NCBI GenBank assembly: GCA_040879685.1
Contig: JBBDJW010000005.1
Coordinates: 21,741 to 85,740 of the forward strand
Source of the DNA: Minisyncoccota bacterium
GTDB lineage: Bacteria; Patescibacteriota; Minisyncoccia; Phycocordibacterales; UBA2135
DNA: 64,000 nucleotides
Reading direction: 5' to 3'
The translations under genes were made by a program, and so were the position numbers. Below the pieces are notes generated by a model. That model searched no databases. It worked only from the letters and a program-made list of their open reading frames with translations, and was not told the DNA's origin. Shown one piece after another: positions 38,768-47,714 of the stretch. Numbering within the stretch: the first letter of the stretch is position 1; each line of letters starts with the position of its first letter.

Positions 38768-40102
38768 TTAATTAGTAATAATTTTTTTAATAGTGAATCG
38801 CGACTCTTTTTCAGGGAACGACCTCTTCCAGAATGGCCTTATAACGACCTCTGCTTGCGCAATACCCTTAAATTCACTCAAAATATTCCTTAAATCCCCC
38901 TTAGGTCTGCCAAAAAGAGAACGGATAAGCTTCGTATCATCAAACTGCCAGACAAAATGAGGTCTTCCGGAAAGAGAAAAAGAGATGGTTGTATCTTCTT
39001 CTAAATCAAGCGAATCTTTATTAAGAAGATTGAAACTCAGCTCTTCCATGTTAGAAATCATGACAGTCGCATCTTCTTCCATGGGTTGAATAATTTTTTC
39101 TCCTAATTTCTGGCTAAGAGCTTTTTCATTAAATAAAATTCCTCTTAAAACCGCTTCTTCTTCAAGCGTGACCTCTTTTTTATTACTATCAATCTCTTCC
39201 GCTTGTATGTTGTCTTTTGTAAAAGTAATAAAGATCCCATCGTTAAAAAGTGCAAACCCTTCAGGTTTCTGTGTCCCTACGCTCTCTAGAAGTTTTGCAC
39301 GCATGGTGCTACGAAGCTCTTCTTGCACACTCTGTCTTTTTTCATCGGAAACTGTTTTTACCTCCCCACTATAGCCACCTGTCATTTCTGTTTTTGAGCG
39401 AGCGTAAAATCCTTCAAAGCGCGGCGGGTCGTTTTTGAAACCCGGAATAGTAAAGTCTGTAAGAGTACTATTATATTTCTCTCCCGGCTCATCGGCATAA
39501 ACGGTAACTTCCAAACTTCCTGGGATACGCTCTCCATTCTCAATTTTAAGCGCCGGAACTATAATTGAATCATAGACACGATAGATAAGTCCTTCCGAAG
39601 TTTCAAAACGAGTATTTTTTACCAGACGTCTATTAACAGACTCGTAATTATTGTAAATAATGATGGTGCCACTCGCACGCCATTGTACCTGTTTTATTTC
39701 TGTTGCATCAACAGTTATTGAGTCTGAGAGAGGGATAGTTATAATTTCAAAGGGAATTTTTTCAGGGTCAGTAGATTCCTTTACTGCAGTAAAAACAAAG
39801 TCTAAATCAACAGTTCTTTGTTTGGGTGTTATCTCAAGTGTTGCGTGTTCAAAAATAGTTGCAATAGAGAGAAGGAGGATAATAACGGTTAGGATTGCAA
39901 CCCCCCAGAGAGCCCGGAAAGAGCCTCTTGAAAGTTTCTTTTTTTCCATATCAGGCACAATACCACCAAACATGGTCCGCTTAACCTTCCCAACCCTTGT
40001 GCGAGGTCGCCCCGCTTTGGCGGATGTCGGTTTTGGAATGCGCCTTTTTCTTTGTGGCTCATTAGAATTTCTCTCACTATGAGGTGGTATAATATCGTCC
40101 AT
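38768..40102 (-). CDS. hypothetical membrane-anchored protein (basic N-terminus, single TM, large extracytoplasmic domain)
   Basis: 444 aa. KRRIPKPTSAKAGRPRTRVGKVKR, then the TM helix ALWGVAILTVIILLLSIATIF. No known motif recognised. Confidence 0.55.
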   Translation of the reverse strand: MDDIIPPHSERNSNEPQRKRRIPKPTSAKAGRPRTRVGKVKRTMFGGIVPDMEKKKLSRGSFRALWGVAILTVIILLLSIATIFEHATLEITPKQRTVDLDFVFTAVKESTDPEKIPFEIITIPLSDSITVDATEIKQVQWRASGTIIIYNNYESVNRRLVKNTRFETSEGLIYRVYDSIIVPALKIENGERIPGSLEVTVYADEPGEKYNSTLTDFTIPGFKNDPPRFEGFYARSKTEMTGGYSGEVKTVSDEKRQSVQEELRSTMRAKLLESVGTQKPEGFALFNDGIFITFTKDNIQAEEIDSNKKEVTLEEEAVLRGILFNEKALSQKLGEKIIQPMEEDATVMISNMEELSFNLLNKDSLDLEEDTTISFSLSGRPHFVWQFDDTKLIRSLFGRPKGDLRNILSEFKGIAQAEVVIRPFWKRSFPEKESRFTIKKIITN

Positions 40103-40171
40103 ATAATATAGAGTTAGTCTTACGTATAAGTATAATACACCTCGCGCCTTTTTACCAAGAAAATATTACTC

Positions 40172-41161
40172 TTATATTTCTTCTCTTTCCTTAAAGACTT
40201 CTATAAGGGGGTCTAAGTTGCCTGCGAGCGTCTCCTCAATGGCATGCCAGCTTTTTTTAATACGATGATCGGTAATTCTATTTTGTGGAAAATTATAGGT
40301 TCGTATCTTTTCACTCCTATCAGCTGTGCCTATTTGTCCCTTTCTTTCTTGTGCATATTTTTTCGCCTCTGCCTCCTCCGTTTGCTGTTGGAGCTTGAGC
40401 TGTAAAAGAGACAGTGCCATATCCCTGTTTTTCTGCTGGGTTCTCTCTGCGGTACTTCTCACATCAATGCCTGTTGGCTTGTGAATAATGCGTACCGCTG
40501 TCTCTACTTTATTGACATTTTGTCCACCCGCACCGCCGGAACGAGAGAATTCCATCTCTAAATCAGCAGGGTCAATTTCAACAGTTATTTTTTTCCGAAC
40601 CGGCATGATCGCAACTGATGCTGTTGAGGTATGGATCCTTCCTGCTTTTTCTGTCGCAGGAATTCTTTGTACACGATGGACTCCCGTCTCATACCGTAGT
40701 CTCTTATAAACATCAAGGCCTTTAATTTCAAAAGAGGCTTCTTTGTATCCCCCGATTTCGTTCATTGATTCATTAAGCGTCCGCATCTTCCACCCCCGCC
40801 TCTCAGCGTAACGTGCATACATCTCTGCAAGCTCATAGGCAAAAAGAGTTGCCTCATCACCTCCCGCCCCCGCGCGAACTTCTAAAATAATCTGGTTTGG
40901 AAACACCTCTTCCTCTTCGTCTTTTTTTACAATTTCTTCCATCTGGAGAGAGAGAGTAGTCTTTTCCTCTTCTATCCTTTTACGCTCCTCTTGTGCAAGT
41001 GCTTCCATATCCTTGTTATCCTTCACCAGAGAGGAAAGCTCCTTCTCTTCGTCTAGAAGTTTTTGATACCGCTCTGCTAAAAATGCGGTCTTTTGATTTT
41101 GTTTATATTCTTCTAAATCCATAAAGTCTCTTGAGTATAGCGTATTGTGTATTGAGTACAA
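40172..41161 (-). CDS. prfA: peptide chain release factor 1
   Basis: [18 protein letters not shown] (PAT tripeptide, so RF1) and [11 protein letters not shown] (GGQ). Confidence 0.9.
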   Translation of the reverse strand: MYSIHNTLYSRDFMDLEEYKQNQKTAFLAERYQKLLDEEKELSSLVKDNKDMEALAQEERKRIEEEKTTLSLQMEEIVKKDEEEEVFPNQIILEVRAGAGGDEATLFAYELAEMYARYAERRGWKMRTLNESMNEIGGYKEASFEIKGLDVYKRLRYETGVHRVQRIPATEKAGRIHTSTASVAIMPVRKKITVEIDPADLEMEFSRSGGAGGQNVNKVETAVRIIHKPTGIDVRSTAERTQQKNRDMALSLLQLKLQQQTEEAEAKKYAQERKGQIGTADRSEKIRTYNFPQNRITDHRIKKSWHAIEETLAGNLDPLIEVFKEREEI

Positions 41162-41164
41162 AGC

Positions 41165-41190
41165 AAACGGCTCACTATAGTGAGCCGTTT
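41165..41190. terminator. perfect 11-bp-stem hairpin AAACGGCTCACtataGTGAGCCGTTT between rpmE and prfA. No adjacent U-run on the minus strand, so it may be an RNA-processing or stability element rather than a terminator.
   Basis: Seen in the sequence. On the plus strand a T-run follows about 10 nt later. Confidence 0.35.
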
Positions 41191-41201
41191 CTCCCTAGGT
41201 T

Positions 41202-41438
41202 TTATTTTTTTGTTTTCTTGGCAGGTGCGCTTGTGGTTGCCCTTTCTCGGCGAGCCTTAAATTTTTCAACACGTCCAGCAGTGTCAATAAGACGCTCTTC
41301 TCCAGTAAAGAAAGGATGGCACTGACTGCACACCTCCACCTTGATTTCAGGGCTTGTTGAGCCAACAGTAAAACTTGCTCCGCAGGCGCACTGCGCTGTT
41401 ACCTCTTTATTATAGTTTGGGTGAATTTCTTTTTTCAT
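41202..41438 (-). CDS. rpmE: 50S ribosomal protein L31
   Basis: [23 protein letters not shown]...[10 protein letters not shown]. Confidence 0.9.
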   Translation of the reverse strand: MKKEIHPNYNKEVTAQCACGASFTVGSTSPEIKVEVCSQCHPFFTGEERLIDTAGRVEKFKARRERATTSAPAKKTKK

Positions 41439-41447
41439 GATACTAAT

Positions 41448-41891
41448 CTACGAATCTATGCGAATAATACGAATGGGCTTTACATACCGGTTTCTAAAGT
41501 TGATAAGAAGCCCTAATTTATATTTACCCGCCTGTAGATATCTTTGTGTTTGATCATAATCAGCCCTCAAAAGAGCTGGTTTTGCTTTTATCTCAAGTAT
41601 AATCTTATTATCTATAACAAAATCTACCTTATTTGTAAAGTTATTTTCTACAAGCTCTATAGGAAGGGCCTGTTCTCTTTTAAAGGAAACACATTTTTCA
41701 TGCAAAAGAGTTTCTAACGCATCACCGTATTGTTTTTCTCTACAAAACCTCCCTAGAGTATTATGGACGTTAAAACAAATGCCTGTTATTTTATAAGAAA
41801 GCTCTCTATAAATAATCTTATCCACTCCCTTATTTGTATTATTCGTGTTCATTTGTATATTGGTAAGCCTAATTTTCTTGCAAGAAATCAA
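41448..41891 (-). CDS. GxxExxY family protein (PD-(D/E)xK nuclease-like fold)
   Basis: KIIYRELSYKITGICFNVHNTLG...EKQYGDALETLL...DFVIDNKIILEIKA...GLLINF: the typical pattern for this family of about 125 aa. The true start is probably at the internal Met MNTNN. Confidence 0.7.
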   Translation of the reverse strand: MISCKKIRLTNIQMNTNNTNKGVDKIIYRELSYKITGICFNVHNTLGRFCREKQYGDALETLLHEKCVSFKREQALPIELVENNFTNKVDFVIDNKIILEIKAKPALLRADYDQTQRYLQAGKYKLGLLINFRNRYVKPIRIIRIDS

Positions 41892-43224
41892 TGTTTTGTT
41901 GATGTTTTTGCGCTAACTCCATAACAGAGTTTCCATAAAAAGCATAGCGAGTTTTATTGGCGTTTGCCCATCCGGCAAAATATCGCAACGCCGCCAGCCT
42001 CTCTGCGGTATAGCCACCTTTCGCGGCACCATTATCCCGCAAGAGAAGCGCTGAGGCCATAAATGCATCTTCCGGATCCCATGGGTTTGGTGGGTTGTGT
42101 CCTGTGAGTTTAGCAATCCGCTCTTCAAACAAGACCCACGTTGAAGGAATGAACTGCGCCGGCCCCATCGCTCCGCCATAGCCATACGAAGGCGGGCACG
42201 ACACTACCTGTGCAAACGGGTCAAAGCCAAGCCTCTCTGCAATGTTTAAAAAGATATCAACGTCACGGCTTGGCTTCATAACGCTTGTGAATATTCTCCC
42301 CGTATTTATCCCCTTTCCATCACCCTTGTCTGGTTGGTTGGTGAGAACACACTGTCCTACATTTTCACCAAATTTTGATTCCTGCTCTATAACCCCCAAA
42401 ATAAGGGCGGGGCGAACACCTGTTTGTTCAAAGGCGCGCACCGCCAGATCAAGTGCGCGCTCAAAGGGAATTGCTTCACTGCCACGAAGCGCAAAAAGAG
42501 CACTCCTAATAGTAGCCGCATCTTTTTGTTTTGCTTTTACAATTTCCTGATAACGCTCCTCTTCCCCTTTCGTGATTTCTAAAATATCGTTTTTCTCCTG
42601 TTTATCTTCTTCAATCTGGTTCTTTTGGATTTGTTGGAGTCGGCGAAGTTCCTCTTTCTCTCCCTGCACTGTTTCAAGTCCTTCTTTTTGCTGTGAAGTA
42701 ACTTTTTTTGTCGCCTCTATTTGACTAAAAGATTCCTGCAATGACTCCTTGATGGAAGCAAAAGAATCAATGTCACCAAGAAAACCGGAAAGGTTCTTAT
42801 TGGAGAGAGCGATTTCAACGATTGAATATGAATCAATTTCTCGTGTCTTTCTAATCAGTTGTCCTAGGGATTCTTTTTCCCGCAATAGTTTCGCGCTTAA
42901 GCTATCAATGGTACCTTCGGCCGCGTTAATATCGCTTTGCAAATTTTGGATAACCAAATTTCGTTGTCTGATAGAGAGCTCTGCTTGTCTGATGCGTGCA
43001 TCAAAAATCGCAATATCTCGCAGAAGAGAAGTACTCTCTCGTTGTTTTTCAATTAAAAAACTTCTTTGCGTTTCAATCTCATGCTCAAGCCGAGAAAGCT
43101 CTACCTCAAGCTCTGCGCGTTTTTTTATGACATCTTGACTCGTTGCCTGTGCATACAAAAAAACACCCGGCATAAGAAGCGCGATGAGTAAAAGAGAGCA
43201 AAGCAAAAAAGAGAAGGCTTTCAT
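41869..43224 (-). CDS. secreted coiled-coil protein with C-terminal lytic transglycosylase (SLT-like) domain
   Basis: Signal peptide, about 250 aa of coiled coil, then LILGVIEQESKFGEN and YGYGGAMGPAQF, which resemble the SLT catalytic motif. Confidence 0.7.
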   Translation of the reverse strand: MKAFSFLLCSLLLIALLMPGVFLYAQATSQDVIKKRAELEVELSRLEHEIETQRSFLIEKQRESTSLLRDIAIFDARIRQAELSIRQRNLVIQNLQSDINAAEGTIDSLSAKLLREKESLGQLIRKTREIDSYSIVEIALSNKNLSGFLGDIDSFASIKESLQESFSQIEATKKVTSQQKEGLETVQGEKEELRRLQQIQKNQIEEDKQEKNDILEITKGEEERYQEIVKAKQKDAATIRSALFALRGSEAIPFERALDLAVRAFEQTGVRPALILGVIEQESKFGENVGQCVLTNQPDKGDGKGINTGRIFTSVMKPSRDVDIFLNIAERLGFDPFAQVVSCPPSYGYGGAMGPAQFIPSTWVLFEERIAKLTGHNPPNPWDPEDAFMASALLLRDNGAAKGGYTAERLAALRYFAGWANANKTRYAFYGNSVMELAQKHQQNIDFLQEN

Positions 43225-43299
43225 ACACTCTAGTATAACAAATATCTAGCAATCTAAAGAGGGATAAAAACAACCCGCTGTGTGCGGGTTGCCAATACC

Positions 43300-43989
43300 T
43301 TATTCTTTTTTTACAGAATCTTCCGAGGGAATCTCTTCTTCCTCTTCCTTTCCTTTAGTTTCAACTTCTACTGCGTCAGGATCAAATTCTTCCGTAGATT
43401 CTTCTTCCTCCTTAGCCTCTGACATTGCAGCAACTACCTCATCTGGATTTTCTACAAGAGTAACGCCCGCAGGAAGTGATACATCACCCGCGGTAATACT
43501 ATCGTCCATTGCTCTTAGTACGCTGAGGTCAACTGAGAGCTCATGAGGGAGATCTTTAGGAAGTGCACTTATAGAAACTTCATGAAGCACTTTGACCAAT
43601 ACTCCACCAAGGTTCTTTTCCGCTGGAGCAGAGTTTGTAAAAATAATGGGCACCTTCACCTCAACCGCCTTATCTGCCTCAACCGCGTAGAAATCTACAT
43701 GAATAGGCTCTCCATGAAGTGGCTCATAGGCAACATCGTGGATAAGCACGCTTATCTCTTTGTCATCCGTCTTGAGGGTAAGCACTGTTGACTCGCCCGC
43801 TTCACGAAGTGCTTTTTTAAAAAGTAAAATATCAAGACTCACCGGCGTAGATGCTTCTTTTCTTCCATAAAAAACAGCAGGGATTTTTCCTGTCTGACGA
43901 AGCATTTCTGCATTTATTTTTTTATCTCTCTTTTTTGCTATAAGCTCTAACATAAGCGCGATACTACCACTTTTTTTTAAGGAGTGCAA
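43300..43989 (-). CDS. rplY: 50S ribosomal protein L25 / general stress protein Ctc, with an acidic C-terminal tail
   Basis: MLELIAKKRDKKINAEMLRQTGKIPAVFYGRKE... The likely start is the MLELIAKKR at 43950. Confidence 0.8.
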   Translation of the reverse strand: MHSLKKSGSIALMLELIAKKRDKKINAEMLRQTGKIPAVFYGRKEASTPVSLDILLFKKALREAGESTVLTLKTDDKEISVLIHDVAYEPLHGEPIHVDFYAVEADKAVEVKVPIIFTNSAPAEKNLGGVLVKVLHEVSISALPKDLPHELSVDLSVLRAMDDSITAGDVSLPAGVTLVENPDEVVAAMSEAKEEEESTEEFDPDAVEVETKGKEEEEEIPSEDSVKKE

Positions 43990-43992
43990 CTC

Positions 43993-44529
43993 TTACCAAC
44001 GCTTGGCTCCTTCACTAAAAGAAGAAAGCGAGCACTGAACACTTGAACGCACGGGATCATAATACGGGTGATCTTTGGGAATGGCCGGAGCGGGAGTGTT
44101 TTGAGGGCACGTATTAAGAGATTCAATGGTGTGATGAACTAAAAGCTTATAATCTACTCCGTCAGAGCGATAAAGATAACACCCATAGTCTTTTATTGGA
44201 GCAGGATCAATGGGAAGCTCCGGAAGATACCTTGGCGCAATGTTGGGGACCCAGCCATTTGCTCCACTTCGGGGATGTTTCCCATAAGCATCACACACCC
44301 CCCACCATTGACCGTTTGTTGAAGGGTAGTTTTTGTTTTCATTATGATAGACCTCAAGTGCACGTGTGAGTGTTTGTATGTCTGATAGTCTTATCTCATC
44401 ACGAAGAGGATCTTGAGAACCACCTGGAAAAAAACTTATAAGTGCAACGAGAAAGCTCAGAAGCGCTCCTATAAGAAAAATTTCTAAAAGACTTGCCCCT
44501 TTGTTATGCTGAAGGCGGAGTGATTTCAT
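43993..44529 (-). CDS. type IV pilin-like protein (prepilin-type N-terminal cleavage/methylation motif)
   Basis: MKSLRLQHNKG|ASLLEIFLIGALLSFLVALISF: G at -1, E at +5, then a hydrophobic helix. The start is the internal ATG at 44529, not the longer ORF start. Confidence 0.65.
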   Translation of the reverse strand: MKSLRLQHNKGASLLEIFLIGALLSFLVALISFFPGGSQDPLRDEIRLSDIQTLTRALEVYHNENKNYPSTNGQWWGVCDAYGKHPRSGANGWVPNIAPRYLPELPIDPAPIKDYGCYLYRSDGVDYKLLVHHTIESLNTCPQNTPAPAIPKDHPYYDPVRSSVQCSLSSFSEGAKRW

Positions 44530-44782
44530 ATATCTGCTGTAACTCTTCCGGAGTAAGCCGTGGTGCATCAAAATATAACTCTTGAGCAAAGATGTACACG
44601 GAGACGAGGAGCAAGAGAAGAGCAAAGGTAAGAAGTAATAGGCTCGCTATTTTTTTACTCTTAGCAATTCCTATTCGCATTAAAAACCTCTCCATGCCCG
44701 AAGTGCGAGAGAGCTCTCTTTTTGCGTCCTCATCAAGAATTGAATCAATCTCAAATTCCACATTTAACTCTTTATCGTTCAT
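44504..44782 (-). CDS. hypothetical small membrane protein
   Basis: 92 aa with one TM segment LLLLTFALLLLLVSVYIF. Overlaps the pilin start by 26 nt. Possibly real; this architecture is common next to pilins. Confidence 0.4.
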   Translation of the reverse strand: MNDKELNVEFEIDSILDEDAKRELSRTSGMERFLMRIGIAKSKKIASLLLLTFALLLLLVSVYIFAQELYFDAPRLTPEELQQIYEITPPSA

Positions 44783-44784
44783 AT

Positions 44785-45753
44785 TTAAGATACTGCATTA
44801 GGGGCATTGCTACCGGAAAGCACAGCAAGAATATTTTCTGCTGCAAGCTTTGACATTTTTGAACGGGTTTCTTCGGTGGCAGAGGCGATATGCGGAGTTA
44901 CAATAACATTGGAAAGACTGGAGAGCCCTGCGGTGAGGTCCGGCTCATGCTCAAAAACATCAAGCGCCGCACCGCGAATATTTTTTCTCTCTAGCGCCTC
45001 AAAAAGTGCTTTTTCATCAATAACACCCCCTCGAGAAGTATTCACAAGGTATGCGGTTTTTTTCATTCTTGCAAGACGTTCTTTGTTGAGAAGATGTTTG
45101 GTAGAGTCCAAGAGAGGAATATGAAGCGACACAAAGTCTACTTGTTCAAGAAGGTCTTCTATATATTCACAGAACTCCGCTCCCACCTCTTCCTCTAAGT
45201 GCTCGTTCTTTTTTATATCATAGTAAAGCACCTTCATATCAAAGCCTCTCTTCCCATGATGCGCAACTCTCGCACCTATTCTTCCTGCCCCCACAATACC
45301 GAGCGTCTTTCCAGACAAATCGTTTCCTAAAAGTAAGAGAGGCGCCCAGCCTTCATATTTGCCTTCACGAACAAATAAATCCGCCTCAACGATTCTATGT
45401 GCTATCGCCAGCAACAATGCAAAGGTGTGCTCGGCAACAGTATTTGAGAGTACTTCGGGAGTATTTGAAATTACAATACCTCTCTTTTTTGCTTCTTCAA
45501 CATCAATGTTATCAAAACCAACAGCATAATTGGCAAATATCTTAACTTGCGGTGCCGCATCATATATCTGCCTGTCAATTTTATCGGTCAAAAGGCACAG
45601 TACCGCATCATAGGGTTCTTTTTGGAGTTCTGTAAGAAGTTCTTCCTTAGAGAGGACTCCTTCTTTTTTACTCACCACAACCTCATGACCAGAATCCCTC
45701 AGCAAGGCAATGCCGGAATTAGGAATGGTGCGTGTTACATAAATTTTTGCCAT
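44785..45753 (-). CDS. D-isomer-specific 2-hydroxyacid dehydrogenase family (glycerate/hydroxypyruvate/phosphoglycerate dehydrogenase-like)
   Basis: GIVGAGRIG NAD-binding motif and the catalytic R...E...H arrangement. 322 aa. Confidence 0.8.
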   Translation of the reverse strand: MAKIYVTRTIPNSGIALLRDSGHEVVVSKKEGVLSKEELLTELQKEPYDAVLCLLTDKIDRQIYDAAPQVKIFANYAVGFDNIDVEEAKKRGIVISNTPEVLSNTVAEHTFALLLAIAHRIVEADLFVREGKYEGWAPLLLLGNDLSGKTLGIVGAGRIGARVAHHGKRGFDMKVLYYDIKKNEHLEEEVGAEFCEYIEDLLEQVDFVSLHIPLLDSTKHLLNKERLARMKKTAYLVNTSRGGVIDEKALFEALERKNIRGAALDVFEHEPDLTAGLSSLSNVIVTPHIASATEETRSKMSKLAAENILAVLSGSNAPNAVS

Positions 45754-45762
45754 AGGTATCGG

Positions 45763-46614
45763 TTAATTATGAAATAATGCGATTCGCTGTGCAACAATCT
45801 CTTTGACATTGCTTCGCGCGCCGTCAAGAAGTTTATAAGGTGCCACTGTTTCCGTGTCGCGCTTCAGCGCGTCTTCAATACCGCTTCTCCACGCCTTCCT
45901 AATTTCCGTGTTTATATGCACCACGCTTATTCCTGCCTTGATGGCCTTTTTAAAATCTTCGTCACTCACCCCTGAACCGCCGTGAAGCACTAAAGGAACG
46001 CCTGCATCTTTTCTAATTGCTCTAATTCTTTCTATATCAAGATTTGGATTTTGTGCATTTTTTAGCATACCGTGAATATTCCCGACCGAGGGAGCAAGAA
46101 GATCAACTCCTGTCTTTTTTACAAATTCACGTGCTTGGTCGGGCGTTGTCATTTCCTCGCGGGTTACTCCTTCAGGAATTTCATCCAAAAGTTTTGACGA
46201 GGTCCCAATATATCCAAGCTCACCCTCTACAACCATATCGGGGTTAACACATTTTGCATAATCAACACATCGTTCGGTAATTTCACAATTCTTTTCAAAA
46301 GGAAGCTGTGCACCATCAAAGATAACCGCATCATAACCATTATCTGCCGCTCTCTTTACTCCTTCAAACGAGTAGGTGTGATCAGCATTGGCATAAATAG
46401 GATAGTTAAACTCTTCCCGTAAACTCTTTACAAGCGCTGTAAACTGCCGCTCTCCAATAAACTCTCTCTCGCCCTCTGATGTGCCAACAAGAACGGGAAC
46501 GCCTTGCTCTTGCGCGGCTTCAAAAATAGCCCAGAGAGCATCAATTGTTGAGATATTAAAGTGCCCCAAAGCATACTGTTCACTGTCTGCTTTTAAAATA
46601 TGTTCAAGCAACAT
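45763..46614 (-). CDS. fba: class II fructose-bisphosphate aldolase family
   Basis: LVLHGGSG and DHTYS motifs. 283 aa. The related tagatose-bisphosphate aldolases are not excluded. Confidence 0.75.
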   Translation of the reverse strand: MLLEHILKADSEQYALGHFNISTIDALWAIFEAAQEQGVPVLVGTSEGEREFIGERQFTALVKSLREEFNYPIYANADHTYSFEGVKRAADNGYDAVIFDGAQLPFEKNCEITERCVDYAKCVNPDMVVEGELGYIGTSSKLLDEIPEGVTREEMTTPDQAREFVKKTGVDLLAPSVGNIHGMLKNAQNPNLDIERIRAIRKDAGVPLVLHGGSGVSDEDFKKAIKAGISVVHINTEIRKAWRSGIEDALKRDTETVAPYKLLDGARSNVKEIVAQRIALFHN

Positions 46615-46703
46615 TATCTTAGTATAACACCTCGCCTGCGCGTACTCCAGATGTCTACGTGAGTATTTATTTTATGAAAAGATATTCTACTATCAAGAAA
46701 ATT

Positions 46704-46737
46704 CAAAAACCACCAAAATCTAGAAGATCTTGGTGGT
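46704..46737 (-). terminator. intrinsic terminator downstream of the 46765-47223 gene
   Basis: CCACCAA...TTGGTGG stem followed by UUUUU on the minus strand. Confidence 0.55.
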
Positions 46738-46764
46738 GTATGAATTGTAGTAACAATGGTTACC

Positions 46765-47223
46765 TTATGGTCGCACAAGACTCCAGACGCCACCAAGTCC
46801 GTTCCCTTTTACATCTCCGAGAACGAGGTCTTCCTCATAGTAGTAAAGTGCCTCTCCCTTCCACGTATACTGCAAAACACCTAACTCCTCATTAAGAACC
46901 GTACTCAAGTTACCCTTGCGGACTTCCTGTTCTGCTCTATAAGGAGGCCATACTATAAGGCACTCGCCCGTACAAGCGCGAGAGGAAGTATACAGCGTCA
47001 TTCCGGAGAAATCCACTAGATACTCGCCGTCTTGGTTAATTGCAACACTCAAAATCTTGCTCACATCAGGAGTACCCAAAACATCTCCTTTCCCGTCTAC
47101 GGTAGTTGGTCCGGTTTGTGTGTCACGAGGGGTAACTATACCACCCCCCGCACCAAACCAAAAAATTCCAAGAACAACGACAAGCGCAATAACGACTGAA
47201 ATAATAATATTAAAATTACGCAT
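46765..47223 (-). CDS. secreted/TM-anchored protein of the COG4315 (Lipoprotein_15-like) family
   Basis: N-terminal TM segment, then GMTLYTSSRACTGECLIVWPPY. Confidence 0.65.
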   Translation of the reverse strand: MRNFNIIISVVIALVVVLGIFWFGAGGGIVTPRDTQTGPTTVDGKGDVLGTPDVSKILSVAINQDGEYLVDFSGMTLYTSSRACTGECLIVWPPYRAEQEVRKGNLSTVLNEELGVLQYTWKGEALYYYEEDLVLGDVKGNGLGGVWSLVRP

Positions 47224-47262
47224 AGAAAAATAAAGTGGTTATGTATAAATATTTTTAGACCA

Positions 47263-47288
47263 ATCAATCTTACGTAGATAAGATTGAT
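47263..47288. repeat. hairpin ATCAATCTTAcgtagaTAAGATTGAT (10-bp stem), about 40 nt upstream of the 46765-47223 gene start
   Basis: Perfect inverted repeat seen in the sequence. Confidence 0.6.
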
Positions 47289-47362
47289 CCCATCTAGTAG
47301 TTTAATAATACCACCTCCTTTTGTAATGTACACCTCTAGGGTGAAAGGTTATACACAAATGG

Positions 47363-47431
47363 AAAATACCACCCGAAGGTGGTATTTTCCAGTGTACTTA
47401 TTTTATGCCCGGAGGCAAAAAATAAGTACAC
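47363..47431. repeat. two adjacent perfect hairpins with A/T flanks: AAAATACCACCcgaaGGTGGTATTTT (47363-47388) and GTGTACTTATTTT-N14-AAAATAAGTACAC (47392-47431)
   Basis: Seen directly. These are terminator-like, but no gene is immediately upstream on either strand. Confidence 0.6.
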
Positions 47432-47562
47432 CATGAGTATATAGATAGGATCTCTCTGTGTCAAATATAAAATCTTAAACCTGTGGAAAACTAAAAAATC
47501 CCCTTATTTTGCAGTAATTATTTCTTGTTGTTTAAACATTAAGTGTTGAGCATTTTTAAGTT

Positions 47563-47603
47563 AAAACCACCAGAATGGTGCCATTCTGGTGGTTTTTGAT
47601 TTT
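47563..47603. terminator. bidirectional intrinsic terminator aaaaCCACCAGAATGGtgCCATTCTGGTGGtttttgattttt
   Basis: 12-bp GC-rich stem with an A-run upstream and a T-run downstream. Confidence 0.7.
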
Positions 47604-47659
47604 TCCTCTATCCCGACATACTACATCTTCTTGTTTGTCTATAATACGGAGGTAGCTCT

Positions 47660-47695
47660 CACACTAAAATAAAAACGAGGACCGGAGTCCTCGTT
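47660..47695 (-). terminator. intrinsic terminator of the repeat-protein gene (47715-48305)
   Basis: AACGAGGACcggaGTCCTCGTT, followed on the minus strand by UUUUUAUUUUA. Confidence 0.75.
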
Positions 47696-47714
47696 GTGTC
47701 TCTGTGAGTCGCAG

